From Flaccisagitta enflata (taxonomy: Eukaryota): a stretch of 64,000 nt of DNA. The translations under genes and the position numbers were made by a program. Under the pieces are notes generated by a model. That model was not told the DNA's origin. It saw nothing but the letters and a program-made list of their open reading frames with translations, and did no database searches. Location: positions 44,826,001 through 44,890,000 of the forward strand of contig OZ231126.1 in NCBI GenBank assembly GCA_965153355.1, in the 5' to 3' direction. Positions within the stretch are counted from its first letter, which is position 1. Every line of letters begins with the position of its first letter. Positions 1 to 14,900 of this stretch are shown in pieces.

Positions 1-191
1 GAACGAATGAACGAAAGTCCCCCTGTGTTCTACACAACATCATCTCCTTCGGGGCCGCTGCCCTGCTACCCATCACCTTCATTCACCAACATACATAGCA
101 GGGCAACGGGTATCGCTGACCACATATTGCCCTTGGGCGACTGGTTCTTTTATCCCCTATTTGCAATCTTCTTTTTTTCTTTTCACCTCCC

Positions 192-1138
192 TTTTTGGGC
201 AACGGCCCCAAAGGGCCGATGTCCTGTAGGACACAGGGGTGAATTTCCATACGTCCATCTGTCCTTCCGTCCGTCCCCCCTCCAAAGCTTCCCTATTGAA
301 TAACATGGGAAATTGATAAAATGCCAACTTCCCATTGAATAACATTGGAAATTGATGAAAAATGAAAAAGAGGTGAAATTCCCATGGAATAACATGGCAA
401 ACTGATGAGAAATTGAAAAAATGCAAAACTCCCATTGAATATTATGGAAAATTGCTCCAAAGGCCTCAAATATGCCCTCTCAGGACGTATGGAAATTCAC
501 CCCTGTCTCTTATAGGACATCGGCCCTTTGGGGCCACTGCCCTGCTCTCACTCCACTTCTTCAATCTTCAGCTATCACTCCATGCAGGGCATCGGGTACC
601 GCTGACCATGTGCAATCCTTGGGTGACTTGTTGGGCAGAGGCACACAGGGGTGAATTTCCAGACGTCCGTCCATTCGTCCGTACGTCCATGCATACATCA
701 CCCCAAAGCTTTTAAAGCCTCAAATTCCCATTGGATAACATGGGAAATTGACAAAATACAAACTCCCGTTGAATAATATGGAAAATTTACAAAAAAGCAA
801 AAAATTGTATGAACGTTGGACAACATTACTACTCCACACTGTATGTTTCCCATTGAATAACATAGAATATTGATGAAAATTGAGAAAAATGAAAAATTTC
901 CACTGAATAACATGTAAATTGAGGAAAAATTGAAAAAATGCAAAATTCCTTTTGAATAACATGGAAAGTTGCTACCAAGGCCTCAAATATGCCCTCTCAG
1001 GACGTCTGGAAATTCACCCCTGTGCCCCACATTGGCCCTTTGGGGAGGCTGCCCTGCTCTCACTCCGAATCTTCAGCCAATCATTTCAAGCAGGGCATCG
1101 GGTACCGCTGACCATGTGCGATCCTTGGATGACTTGTT
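192..1138 (+). mobile_element. Two head-to-tail HINE/DINE-1-like family A elements (192-632 and 631-1138); a further 3' end lies at 1-147
   Basis: 5' GGGCA(A/G)CGGCCCC subterminal repeat with its inverse near the 3' end, (CCGT)n, ~40-bp central repeats containing ATTGAATAACATGG, 3' tail GGGTACCGCTGACCAT...GACTTGTT, TT flanks. Confidence 0.8.
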
Positions 1139-1147
1139 CTTTTTCTC

Positions 1148-1596
<449 letters not shown>

Positions 1597-2143
1597 ATGG
1601 AGCTGGAGGCGAGTGAGAGAAACCGCTGAGGTCGCCATCGGGGTCAACCTGATGGCATAAAGGGTCATCCCTTCCGGGACCATCTGCCTCAGGCTTCGCC
1701 ATCCTAGAACCGTCTTTGCCATAAAGCTTTAAAGTGATGAATCAGGGAAAATAAATTCAGGACTCAGCTAGCTCTGCTTCTGAGGCGCTGAAAGGAGGGA
1801 GGAAAAAAAAAAGAAAATAAAAGACTGATCGCCCTGTCTGATTAGTAATAATGTCACGCCATAACTAGAACAATTTTGGTTCAGCATAGATTTTATGAGT
1901 GCTTGCAATTAATAGCCAAAAAGCGCATTTCTATAAAACACAATGTAGCAGAAAATTTGCACCGGTCTGTATCGGTAGAATTTGCATTTAAACGGAACGA
2001 AGGCAAGAAAAGAGGTAAAGGCAGGCGTCTTATTCTCTTTGTCTTGGCCGATAGTTAAATTTCAAAACCGGAGCTGCTAGTAAGAAAAAAATAACCAAAA
2101 AACTACGTAGATACATAAAACGCGGAAGATAATGATTGACTGA

Positions 2144-2351
2144 ATGGAAGAGGAGGAAGAAAGTCGAGAACTTGAGGAAAGCATTTTCCAATATCACATA
2201 AAACGAACTCCGAACATTCTCAGCGCAAAGACCAACGAAAAACAATTCTTTTCAACGGAAGGAGACCCGTTCACGATCAACTCGGGCAAAGGCCGAAAAG
2301 AGATGATTGATCAAGCAACCACTATCAATGCGACGAAACCGAAATCACCAG
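2144..2351 (+). CDS. Putative exon 1 of the FAM71/GARIN-like gene (MEEEEESRELEESIFQ...KPKSP)
   Basis: ATG at 2144 in non-repetitive sequence. A weak donor, CAG|GTTACA, after 2351 is phase 1 and joins in frame to the acceptor CCATCCAG| at 2881. The joined CDS is 563 codons. Confidence 0.4.
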
Positions 2352-2660
2352 GTTACAACCAAATTGACAAATACGGTTACACCCGCTATACCTAACCCAA
2401 AAGTTACGGTAATCTTTTTGTAATAGATATAGAATCATAGTCCCTTCATGTCATTTTTTTAATTTCCTTTAGTGGTAGTAACAGAAATCTGTCTATAACT
2501 GATAAAGTTTTTTTGTCCCTCGACATTCGTTATTGCGGGGTTTAACTGAACACTGTTTTGATTTTTGAACATACAATCGCACTCAGTCAGGTCGTTTCTC
2601 TGAATGTGTGTTATTATCAGTAAAACTGTATGCGCGCGTGCTTCTAAGTTATTGTTTGCC

Positions 2661-2760
<100 letters not shown>

Positions 2761-2881
2761 AAGCAGACCATCAAACAGACAAGCAGAGCAACAAACAGAC
2801 CAACAAAGTGACAGTCAGAGCACTAATCAGAAAACTGAAAACGAAAATGAATACCCTTACATTCTGACAAATACCATCCAG

Positions 2882-4362
2882 CCCATCAGTCGAGTCCGAA
2901 ATTCTGGAATCCTCTTTCTCCACATCGCAAGAAAAAAGTTGATCCAAACTCAACCATAGAAAATGGCGAGGGTCCATTCGAGACGTTGGCGGTGGATTTG
3001 GGATGCGGCCTTCCCTCACTTCCTCCGCATCTTCCGTTCATTGTACGGCAGTCTCCGTCGACAACTCCTTTGAAGGCGCTGTTGGCTTCGACGGAATATT
3101 CCGACTTCTCGACAAGCACTTTACTCGTAGAAGGCGTCTTCATCCGCGTCGGCGACTGGAATCGTCGCATCGACGACGTCGCCGTCGAGTTCCCAGTCTG
3201 TCGACAACAGACTTCAACCAATCCATTATCATCTGCATCCACATCCGCCAACTTTTTCCTGGGCATCACCAATCGGCATTTGCTGATCGCCCAACGGGTC
3301 GTCGAAAATGGTCCGCTCGAGTTGTTGAAGATGATTCCCGTGAATTGGATCCGCATCGAACCGATGCGTCGAAAGGCGTTGATGGTTCATTTTCCCAATG
3401 GAGAGCGTCAATGTTTCCTCTTCGACGCCGGCGCCACCGTCGAGCACGGCATCACTAACAACTGGAAGTGCTGGCTTCGATGTCTCGTCGACTTGACGTT
3501 GAAGGCCACGGACGACGTGTTGGCGACGACGAAGACGTCGACGATCATGCCCAAGGAGAGTGAAGGAGATGAGGAAGGAAGAATGGATTACGATGATTAC
3601 GATGAAGCAGCGGGTCAAAACAGAAACGAAAGAATGTCCCCGTCGTCTTGGTGGAGACGGAGAAAGAGGATGAATATCAAGATAAAGGAAGAGGAGGAAG
3701 GAGATGATTTTCAGCGACATTTGTCTTCGCGTTTGATTCCGATTTGCTTCGACGTCTCCCGGCTTTTCTCGGCGCCTGTTGCTCATTGCGTCAATCCAAA
3801 GCCCATCGATTTGTTCTTTCCTCCTCATCTGAAAAGAAGTCTTTCCGAATCCGATCTGAGATTACCGCCAAACGACTTGGGCGATGGAAATGTTGTCGGT
3901 GGAGTCAGTCAAGGGAATCCCAAGCGGTGTCTCGGAGGAAAGGAAGCGGAAGCGCCTTCGATGATGACGCCGTCGACGACCTCGTCGACTGGCGATATTC
4001 CGACTCCGCAGGCCCCAACGGCTTGGGAACTTGGACGACTCTTGAAAGAGCAAAAGTTAGACTGTGGATGCGGAAGCTGGGGAAATGGTCAACAACAACA
4101 CCAACTACGACAACAGCTGCATCAAGGAGGACAACTTCCGCAGCAACCGTCGACGTGTCTCTGTCGATCGACTCGAGAGAAGCTGCGCGCGTTGGTGGAA
4201 GATTTTCGACATTCGTGGGTAGACGTATGGTATTTGACGCCTGGTGGCGACGACGGCAGTTTCAGCGGAATTCACGGCGAAATTCATGGCGACATCCAGA
4301 ATGGCGCCGCGGCGTCGCCGGCGCTTTCTCTCGGTAAAAAACTTACAAAAGTTGTTTTTTAA
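2882..4362 (+). CDS. Main/terminal exon of a protein with a FAM71/GARIN (DUF3699)-like, PH-like domain followed by a low-complexity tail
   Basis: Frame is open from 2851 to TAA at 4362 with no early ATG, so a splice acceptor is needed (AG at 2880-81 or 2888-89). The sequence is complex and CpG-rich. Segments LLVEGVFIRV..RIDD, FFLGIT..LLIAQ, LELLKMIPVNWIRI..LMVHFPNGERQCF and WKCWLRCL parallel, in order, the FAM71 domain as I recall it (FESDFIQI..VIDV, VTVGI..MLLAR, LELTRLLPLKFVKI..LRLKLATGRTFYL, FCYWEKL). Confidence 0.75.
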
Positions 4363-4711
4363 AGACATGACATAAGATTTAATATCGAAATTTAAAAACT
4401 ACTGCAAATGTCCAAAACAAAACAAAACAAAACAGAACAAAACCTTTTTTTTTTGCCATGCCCTGGTTCCACAATTTTTATTTACAGGCGTGCAATTTTT
4501 TCTTTCCTTCCGAGTATCTTCTATTTTGCCCTGGGATCTTCCGACTTGTCAAATACCCATCCAGTCTAACTACCTGTTTACTTACTCTGTCTAACTTACG
4601 GAAGGAGGGACGGAAGGAAGGGAGGGATGACGGAGGGAAGGAAGGGAGGAAAGGGAGGAAGAAAGGAGGGAATAGGAAGGCAGGAATGGAAGGAAGGGAG
4701 GCAGGCACAGG

Positions 4712-5190
4712 TGAATGGAAGAGGCACTGGTGGATGGAAGAGGCACTGGTGGATGGAAGAGGCACTGGTGGATGGAAGAGGCACTGGTGGATGGAAGAGG
4801 CACTGGTGGATGGAAGAGGCACTGGTGGATGGAAGAGGCAACAGTGGATGGAAGAGGCACTGGTGGATGATAAAGGCACTGGTGGAGGAAAAAGCACTGG
4901 TGGATGGATGAGGCAAAGGTGGATGGAAGAGGCACTGGTGGATGGAAGAGGCAACTGGATGAAAGAGGCACTGGTGGATGGATGAGGCAACGGTGGATGG
5001 ATCAGGCACTGGTGGATGGATGAGGCACAGGTGGATGGAAGAGGCACTGGTGGCTGGAAGAGGCACTGGTGGATGGAAGAGGCAACGGTGGATGGAAGAG
5101 GCAACAGTGGATGGAAGAGGCACTGGTGGATGATAAAGGCACTGGTGGATGGAAAAAGCACTGGTGGATGGATGAGGAAATGGTGGATGG
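4712..5190. repeat. 19-bp minisatellite (GAGGCACTGGTGGATGGAA)n
   Basis: Direct tandem periodicity, about 25 units. Confidence 0.95.
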
Positions 5191-5203
5191 AGCATATTCG
5201 TAA

Positions 5204-6639
5204 ATAGTCATCAAATGATCACACATGGTCAGCGGTACCTGATGCCCTGCTGGGAGTGATCCAGTGAAAAAGTGGAGTGAGAACAGGGCAGCGGCCACAA
5301 AGGGCTGATGTCCTGTAGAACAAAGGGGGGAATTCCCACACCTCCTGAAAGGGCATATTTCAGGCCTTAGATGACTAATTTAGGTTACTGAACGCATATT
5401 TGAGAGCTGGAGGGCAAAACCAAGGCTTTCATCTTTGAAATTCTCTCAAATCTCAAAAAATAAAGATGGAAACATGCCGATTGCGACCCTGATTAGCTCT
5501 TAAGCTCTACTTTTATAATCCCATGGATTTTGGGTCAGATTTCAAAGCCAAAGGAGCTTACTTTTGAGGCCAAAGTGACCAAAAACCAGCATTCTTACCA
5601 CAACTACAGTTAAGCTTCACTAGAGCGCACCCGCTAATAAGGCATCCCTCGCTTGAAGGCAAGATTTTCAAAGTCCCAACTTTTCTCTCTTTATTTATTT
5701 GTTAATAAACCCCGCATATAAGGCCCTCGCTTTGAAGGCAAAATTCACTATAGCGCATAAGAAATAGGTTTTTGAGAGACTTTTTTGCTCGCTTTGAAGG
5801 CATCTGGCAAACTAATGTGTTTTTAAGGATGGGGATGTGAATAAACAAGGAAAAAGACAGAAATATTGATAGCGATCAATCAATCAATGGCGATGATGAA
5901 GAGGCGAAAGATATCGATGATGACGAAGAGGATTACCAAAGATGATGATGAAGAGGAAGTGAAAGAAAAGGAGAAAACCTATATGGAAAGAAGAGGATGA
6001 ATTGATGCCGATGTAAGATCGATGATGTCATGTCGGTATTTAACAGGTGTAAGATGGGTCGCCATTATGAAAAAAATGCAACCCCCATTGTGAGTTTGTG
6101 AAGGAAAAATCTATTCACATCTTTCATGTTCTGCAGTTACTTTTCTAGTCTCAGGCGTGGTAAGACAGGTGGCAATCGGGGTGAAAATTACAGTAATACT
6201 GTTTATCATGATTGCCCACTACAAAAGATTAGATAATATCCATATTCTCACTATTGCTACTACCAAGCATGGATCCATGCCGATTTGTTTGTTTATCATA
6301 AGTCCCTATAAATTCAACATGGTGCAAAAATATATATGCACGGCTATAAGGCACCCCGCCTAGAAGGCATGAAATCAGCCGGTCCCTTGAGATGCCTTCT
6401 AGTGAAGCTTAACTGTACCATGAAGCAGTCATGAAGAAGTGGAACTCGCGGTGCCCAAAATGGGTCAAAAGGTTTCCCACTGATTTGTTCCACATTATAA
6501 AAACATAAATTCAGTCGATTCCATCCAGGTACAGGTAGTCCGTGCCCATGAAGGAGTAAACATACTATCTACTGCAAATTCCCCCCTGTGTTCCTCAGGA
6601 CATTGGCCCATTGCTGCCTTTGGGGCCACTGCCCAAAAA
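5204..6639 (-). mobile_element. Family A HINE-like element interrupted by nested insertions
   Basis: 3' end (ggtcagcggtacc..gggcagcggcc) at 5204-5340 and 5' end (ggggccactgcccaaaaa) at 6580-6639. Confidence 0.65.
5607..6415. mobile_element. Tc1/mariner (pogo/Tigger-like) non-autonomous element
   Basis: Perfect 18-bp TIR CAGTTAAGCTTCACTAGA with TA on both sides. An internal acidic GAT/GAA-rich stretch may be decayed transposase. Confidence 0.88.
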
Positions 6640-7544
6640 GGCATTCCGCCCATAAGGTATGGAAATTTAACAATTATTTATTAATTTAACAACTTATTTA
6701 TAAATGCCATAACTTATTTATAAATGCCATAAGTCAGCTTTGTTCTAAGGCTTAATTTTGTTCAATCCTTTGTTAGACAGGGAAAGTGAAGATTTTCATG
6801 GGTTTGAATCCTGCTTTTTCTGCTAGAAAAACGGGAATCGGCTTAAGGCCGCTGCCTAAATGTTGCCGTTTGTCAATGATACGTGTTCAGCAGCTGTATA
6901 AAAAAATTACAAATCATAAGATTTTTTCATAGCGCCATCAGATCTACATAACTGACAAATATTTACATGCTGCGTCATACACTACTCACTCATTACTCAC
7001 TTTCCCACGCTACCTTTGTTAAATACGCTTTTATTCTTGATCAGATTTAATCAGGAAAAAGTTAGGGTTTCGGTAAGGGATGGGATTGGAGGTGGGGTGG
7101 GGATTAAGTTAGGGGTCTGGGCCAATGCATGCCTACTGTTTGTACCATCTGTCTGAAGTCTGTGGCAGCAATGGTTCATATTTTTGTACAGTGTGACTCT
7201 TAACAAGTGACGCGGGGTCACAATATTGTTGCGGACGGGTGGGCAGAGGCAGCCAAGCTCCATTCACAACCAACGCCCCACCCAACTCCCCTTCCAACAC
7301 AGACACATACACAAAAAGCTTCTAAAATGTTCATTTTCCCACTTTTCGTGTCCTTGGATGGACGGATGGACTGATGGACAGACAAAGCCTCTTATAGAGT
7401 TACGTATCTGCAGCTAAAAAAAGTTACAACTTTCAGACTAGTTTTATATAGTTTATATTATACAAATCACATTGTTATTCATGAGCATTTTAAAGAGCTT
7501 CAAAAAATGAGCAAAATTTGATCAATTTGTTTGCCAGTCTTTTA

Positions 7545-7720
7545 GATGACGGCGAATGATGCTGGCAAATGATGTTGACAAATCATGCTGGCAAATGATG
7601 CTGACAAATGATGCTGGCAAATGATGCTGGCGAATGATGCTGACAAATGATGCTGACAAATGATGCTGGCGAATGATGCTGGCGAATGATGCTGACGAAT
7701 AATGCTGGATGCTGACGATT
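7545..7720. repeat. 13-bp minisatellite (ATGATGCTGGCAA)n
   Basis: Direct tandem periodicity. Confidence 0.9.
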
Positions 7721-8107
7721 GAGCGTCGATCATGTGATGCTCAAATTGCCAAGACAACTTTTTGACAGAATTAATCAGAACGGGAAAGATGCAATTGATT
7801 TTCAGCATGCAATGAACAGATATTGCAACTTTTTTCATGCGCTATTTTTCCTAAAGTGGAAAGTGTATCTCCAGATTTTAAACTTAGTATCGTCATTGCC
7901 ATAGCTACAGGTAGAGCCTAATCTTTTCATGGCAAAAGGCGGCAATGGATTGTTTTTTGTCTCAGTAATGATATAAAGAGGAAAACAATTCTTAAAGTTA
8001 CTTTCTCAGATAAAGATAAAGAATTGTTTGAAACTGGTAGATCTATCAGTCAGAAAAATGAAGTAAAAAATACATTTTTTATTCCGAATCATTCGCCATA
8101 CCACTGA

Positions 8108-8262
8108 ACAAGGCCGGATACGTGGCAATCCAGTCCCAGACAGTTGGGCAGGAGCAGTGTAGGGCAAAAAACGCTCGGAATTCAAAAATGTTACGGACCG
8201 ACGGACCGACGGACGACCGACCGACACGGCAAGGTGTAGAGTCGCGTGTCCGCGACTAAAAA
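8108..8262 (-). mobile_element. Family B HINE-like element. Other copies at about 7203-7418, 11124-11306, 16303-16460, 27860-28102, 43503-43846, 49983-50123, 52181-52421, 54111-54481, 57278-57450 and 62324-62563
   Basis: In sense: TTTAGTCGCG..ACGCGACT 5' hairpin, (CCGT/GGTC)n, CCTGCCCA, an inverse subterminal repeat, and a 3' hairpin GCCGTGTATCCGGCC-TTGTT. Confidence 0.8.
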
Positions 8263-8454
8263 ACGAGCTTAGTGCAGTGGTTGCCCTTAATGCCTCACAC
8301 AGTCACACACATCTCAGTTTGTAGGCATGAATTTGGGGATGAAACTAAGCCAAACTCGAGATCATCCTTTATTCCTTTATGTTCCTTGATATGAAGTTTA
8401 ACCACTTCTTGGTCTCGTTCCGCTTTGACGCACAAACCGACCGTGCAAAGCATT

Positions 8455-8559
<105 letters not shown>

Positions 8560-8826
8560 CTTAACCTTAAAGTCGTAATCTGCTTGATTGCGGGACGAAG
8601 GGAGGGGGGGGGGAGAGAGAGAGAGAGAACCCTGAATCTCGATTGGATTCAGTCATTTTTCTGCGAAGATCGAAGAGGACTGTTAAGACTAAGTCTAACT
8701 CCTAAGGCTGAGGATTCGAAGCCGAAGCCGAGGAAACTCATCAACAGATGGCACCAACAGCGCGAGACTCGACCAGTGCGCGAGAGAGCGACTCATGAGA
8801 GCGAAATGTTGAGTTCTCTCTCCCCA

Positions 8827-9489
8827 TTTGGGCAGCGGCCCCGAAGGGGGCGATGACGTATGCTTTCACACACAGGAAAATTTCTCCTCCTCCTCCTTCT
8901 CTTTCGTCTGTCTCGCCTTCTCTTTCGTCTGTCAAACCGTCCCCCCCCCCCCCGACATCGAGACCAAAATTCCACCAAATTCTGCCAAATTCTGCTAAAT
9001 CAGGCCAAATTTTGCCAAATTTTGCCCATATCGCAGCCTTAAGGCCCAAATCCTATCCTCAAGGCCTTAAACCCAGCCTCAAAGCCCAAATCCCAGCCTC
9101 AATCACAAAATCAAGGCCTGAGGCCCAAATCCCAGCCTCAAGGTTTTAGTCCCAGCCTCAAGGCCTCAATCCCAGCCTCATGGCCCAAATCCCAGCCTCA
9201 AAGGCTGAGTTTTAGCCACAAGCGCAAAATCCAGGTCTTAGGCCCACATCTCAGCCCCAAGCCCAAAATCCAGGTCTTAGGCCCACATCTCAGCCCCAAG
9301 GCCCCAAATCCCAGGTCTAAGGCCCAAATCCCAACCACTAGAAGGAGAAGGAGATGGAGAAATTTCCTCAAACTTGAAAGCATAGGTCATCAGCCCCTTT
9401 AGGGCCGCTGCCCTGCTCCCTCCCTAAACTTCAATCACAACCTACTTGGGCTGGGCATGGATACCGCTGACCATCTAACGCTTTTGCGA

Positions 9490-9494
<5 letters not shown>
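8827..9494 (+). mobile_element. Family A HINE-like element with 20-bp central repeats (GAGGCCCAAATCCCAGCCTC-like)
   Basis: Both subterminal repeats, the central tandem array and the 3' ACCGCTGACCATCTAACGCTTTTGCGA tail are present. Confidence 0.82.
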
Positions 9495-9585
<91 letters not shown>

Positions 9586-9931
9586 CCTCATCCGCACAGA
9601 TCTGCTTGATATTTAAGCCAGGTCAGCTGGCTGCGCACAAAAGTCAGATGGAACAGTCGTCCTTTGTGTGTTAATGCGATCAGCCATGACCCCGTCCCTT
9701 TGGCCTTTTTGGTTCCTCTCTCTTCCTCTTCTTGTTCTTCATGGGCCATGTGGCCTAAAGGCTAAAGAGGGCCTCGAGCGCGTGCGATGGGTTCTTGTTC
9801 GTGTGCTCATCCAGTCTTGCCGCTTTATTCATTTTTCCAGTTCTATCTCTCTGTCTTTCTTGCCGTCTGTTTGTGTTTCTGTCTGGTTCTCTATCTTTCT
9901 CTCTCTCTCCTGTGTCTATCACCTTATTATC

Positions 9932-9967
<36 letters not shown>

Positions 9968-10136
9968 CCTCTCTCTCTCTCTCTGGTGACCTCAAATATG
10001 GCCCCTGCCCACCCGCACGCGACTTCGGTAGCCGTGTATCCAGCCTTCTATCTCTCTGTCTTTCTTGCCGTCTGTTTGTGTTTCTGTCTGGTTCTCTATC
10101 TTTCTCTCTCTCTCCTGTGTCTATCACCTTATTATC

Positions 10137-10238
<102 letters not shown>

Positions 10239-10681
10239 TGTCTCTCTCTCTCTGTCCATAGTAAATTCAAAAGGCTCTTTGTTCAATTGTGTTTTGCTCT
10301 CCCCATGGCCATGTCTCTATGAAAAGATTTCCGCATTTCTGACAATGCAATGGATAAGTTCTTTTGTCTAGAAAAGTTAGAGAATTTTTAGTCAGACACA
10401 CCAATGTGTAAACCACTTTTGGGTTGGTCGGTTGGTTGGTCAAGTTTATTATTTGTGTTTTTTTATTAAGCCTGTTTGTATATCTATAATTTTATATTCG
10501 GTTGTGCTCAAACTTCAATGGTCCGTCGGTCACGTAAATATTTGAGGATCTACTCGGCGCACCTACTGGCCAGTGGCCAACTTGGCCTTGGTCTAATCCT
10601 GTATATTAGAGCAAGGCAATTAACAACAGTGATTGAAGACATCTGCTCTTCTTAGCGCGAAACCCGCTAACCCCGAACGAG

Positions 10682-10781
<100 letters not shown>

Positions 10782-12114
10782 CACACAGACACACAGAGAC
10801 AGACAGACAGACAGACAGAAAGACAGAGACAGAGAGACAGAGAGGCAGCGCGGCGAAATTGACAGAGAGACAAATGGATGTTAGAGTGGAATAACTAATG
10901 ACGATGGCGTATGCGCGATCTTTTGAGAATAAGGTTAGATGCCAAGTGTGTTAGCTAAGATTGAATGGTGCAACCACTCGGCACTCGCTGCTTTTCGAAA
11001 TAAGCAAGCTTCCAAAGCTAATAGCTATTCAGCATTTCTGATATCACCAATTGGATTCATCCAAGCGACATGAAATTCAAATTGATGAAGTGTATCTGAA
11101 TTGTTGAATTTGTTTATTTTCGGTCGTGTGCACGCAACTCTACACGTTGCTATGTCGGTCCATCCGCTCGTCCATCCCTCTGTCCATCCGTTTGTAATTT
11201 TGCAGAAATGTAGTCTTTTTCTAAAGGATTATAGCCTTTAAGGTCATTGCAAGGTGTGAACTCCTTTTGCACTGTAACTTTACTGTAGTACTGCCCCTGC
11301 CCAACCGTTTCTAGTTGTAGATAACCGCATCTTGAAAGGGCCACTAGGTCGATCGCTACGTTCATTCGCTCGCACCGCTCACTATGCTCGCTCACTCCCC
11401 AGCGCCCCGCTTTGCTACACCCGCTTTGCTCGCTTGCTCAGTTCACGGGCTTGCTCACTTTGCTCACTCCGTCGTGGGACGGTTGAAATTCCGGAATAGA
11501 TATTTACACTGAAAATGCGTTCAGCGTGAACCAACGCGTTTTTATTCGTCATCAGAAACACCCATTGAAGAAGTTAGATTCCATACTCGCAGTCTTATGG
11601 CGTTGGCGAACTCATGTGTATAAACTTGCAAAAGGGTGTTAACGTAGTGAATTGCTTAGAAAACGAATTTTCACATTTCAAAGAAATGGGAGAATGTAGA
11701 GAAAATTCAATTCATTGCGCGAGGGATTCTATTTCCGTCCGTCCGTCCGTCCGTCCATCGGTCCATCCATCACGTCAATCATCCGTCCATCCGTCCATCC
11801 GTCCATCCATCCGCCCGTCCGTCCGTCCGTCCATGATGATTGATTTGGAAAGAAAATTCGCATGGTCGTGATTATTTGTGTATCGTGGGGGGGGGGGGGG
11901 AAAGGAGGGTTGTACAGCCACCCATCTGCGACGAATTGTAACCTCGCGTCACTTGTTTTTTTTTTATGTTGGCCGAGCAGTCATGCAATTTCAATTCTTT
12001 TCCTTGGTTCTCCGCAGCCAGATCCATGTCTTAAGCAAAGCAAAGCCAACAAACGAACTTCTTTTATCGATTTTCTTTCTTTCTCTTTCTTCCCCCACTC
12101 TCTCATCCCTCCCT

Positions 12115-12223
<109 letters not shown>

Positions 12224-12263
12224 TCCTCTGTCTGTCTGTCTGTCTCTTTTTCTCTCCCTCATC

Positions 12264-12374
<111 letters not shown>

Positions 12375-12429
12375 CCCTGAGTCCAATTGTCATTTATCCA
12401 TTCCCTATTTCTTGTCTTTCCCCCTCTTT

Positions 12430-12761
12430 TTAGATGCGTCCGTCAGGAACGCGCATCTCTATAAAGGTCTGTCCGAAAATCACCGTCAATCAGGTCCGTC
12501 CGTCAGTCCGTCGAAATCCCGATCCGTCCCGGTCCGTCGTCAGTATGTCCGTTACGCAAGTGCAAAAACCGCGTTTCTCCTGTTGTTTTTGGCGCAGCGA
12601 GATCCTATACTGAAAATAAATGATCCAAACAACATGTTTGTTAGCCTCCTTTACCATAGTCGTTTCTACGTCCGTTTGTCCATCTGTCTCTCCATATATG
12701 TCGTGTGATCTAATGCAGCAGAGGCACGACCCGGACGCATCGTTGCCCGGTCGGGCTTGTT
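12430..12761 (+). mobile_element. Family C HINE-like element; similar copy at 58672-58982
   Basis: Both copies begin TTAGATGCGTCCGTCAGGAACGCATCT (or a close variant), contain (CCGT)n and end GCATCGTTGCCCGGTCGGGCTTGTT. Confidence 0.85.
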
Positions 12762-13324
12762 CTTGTTCAATTGCAATTGTCCATTCTCTCTATCTTGTCT
12801 TTTCCCCTCCTTTTCTTGGGAGCAACTTACGTCGGTCGGTCAGTTAGAAATCCCTATTGAATAATATGGAAAATTGACTAAATTTTGAAATAAATGAAAA
12901 AATTCAGATTGAATTAATGAATAACATGAAAAATTGACAATGAAATGGAAAAAAATTTCAATGTTTCCAAGGAAAGTAGCTCCAAAGGCCTCAAATGCGC
13001 CTCTTCAGGATGTCTGCCCTTTGGGGCCGCTGCCCTGCTCTCATTCCACTTCTGCAGCTAATCACTCCAAGCAGGGCATCGGGTACCACTGACCATGTGC
13101 GATCCTTGGATGACTAGTTTATTTTCATGAATTCAGTCGTTCTTTCATTCAATCTTAATCATTGAGGCGCACTTCTTGACCAAAACATGGCCTTATTTTT
13201 ACGCTTAAGCAACAGATATTATGTGTAGTACAGATGATACGGAGTTCATAGATTAATGCTCGACTAAGCGACTCTATAAGCCACTATTTGGTCGGTTGGT
13301 CCGTCAGTCGGTCTGTCTGTCCGG

Positions 13325-14900
<1,576 letters not shown>

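Noticed and set aside
2886-4368. Antisense and alternate-frame ORFs overlapping the GARIN-like exon; the same applies to those within 31959-34238
   Set aside because: Shadow ORFs of a real coding exon with no independent features.
4458-5298. Overlapping ORFs of 100-227 aa
   Set aside because: Products of the 19-bp minisatellite, open in several frames on both strands.
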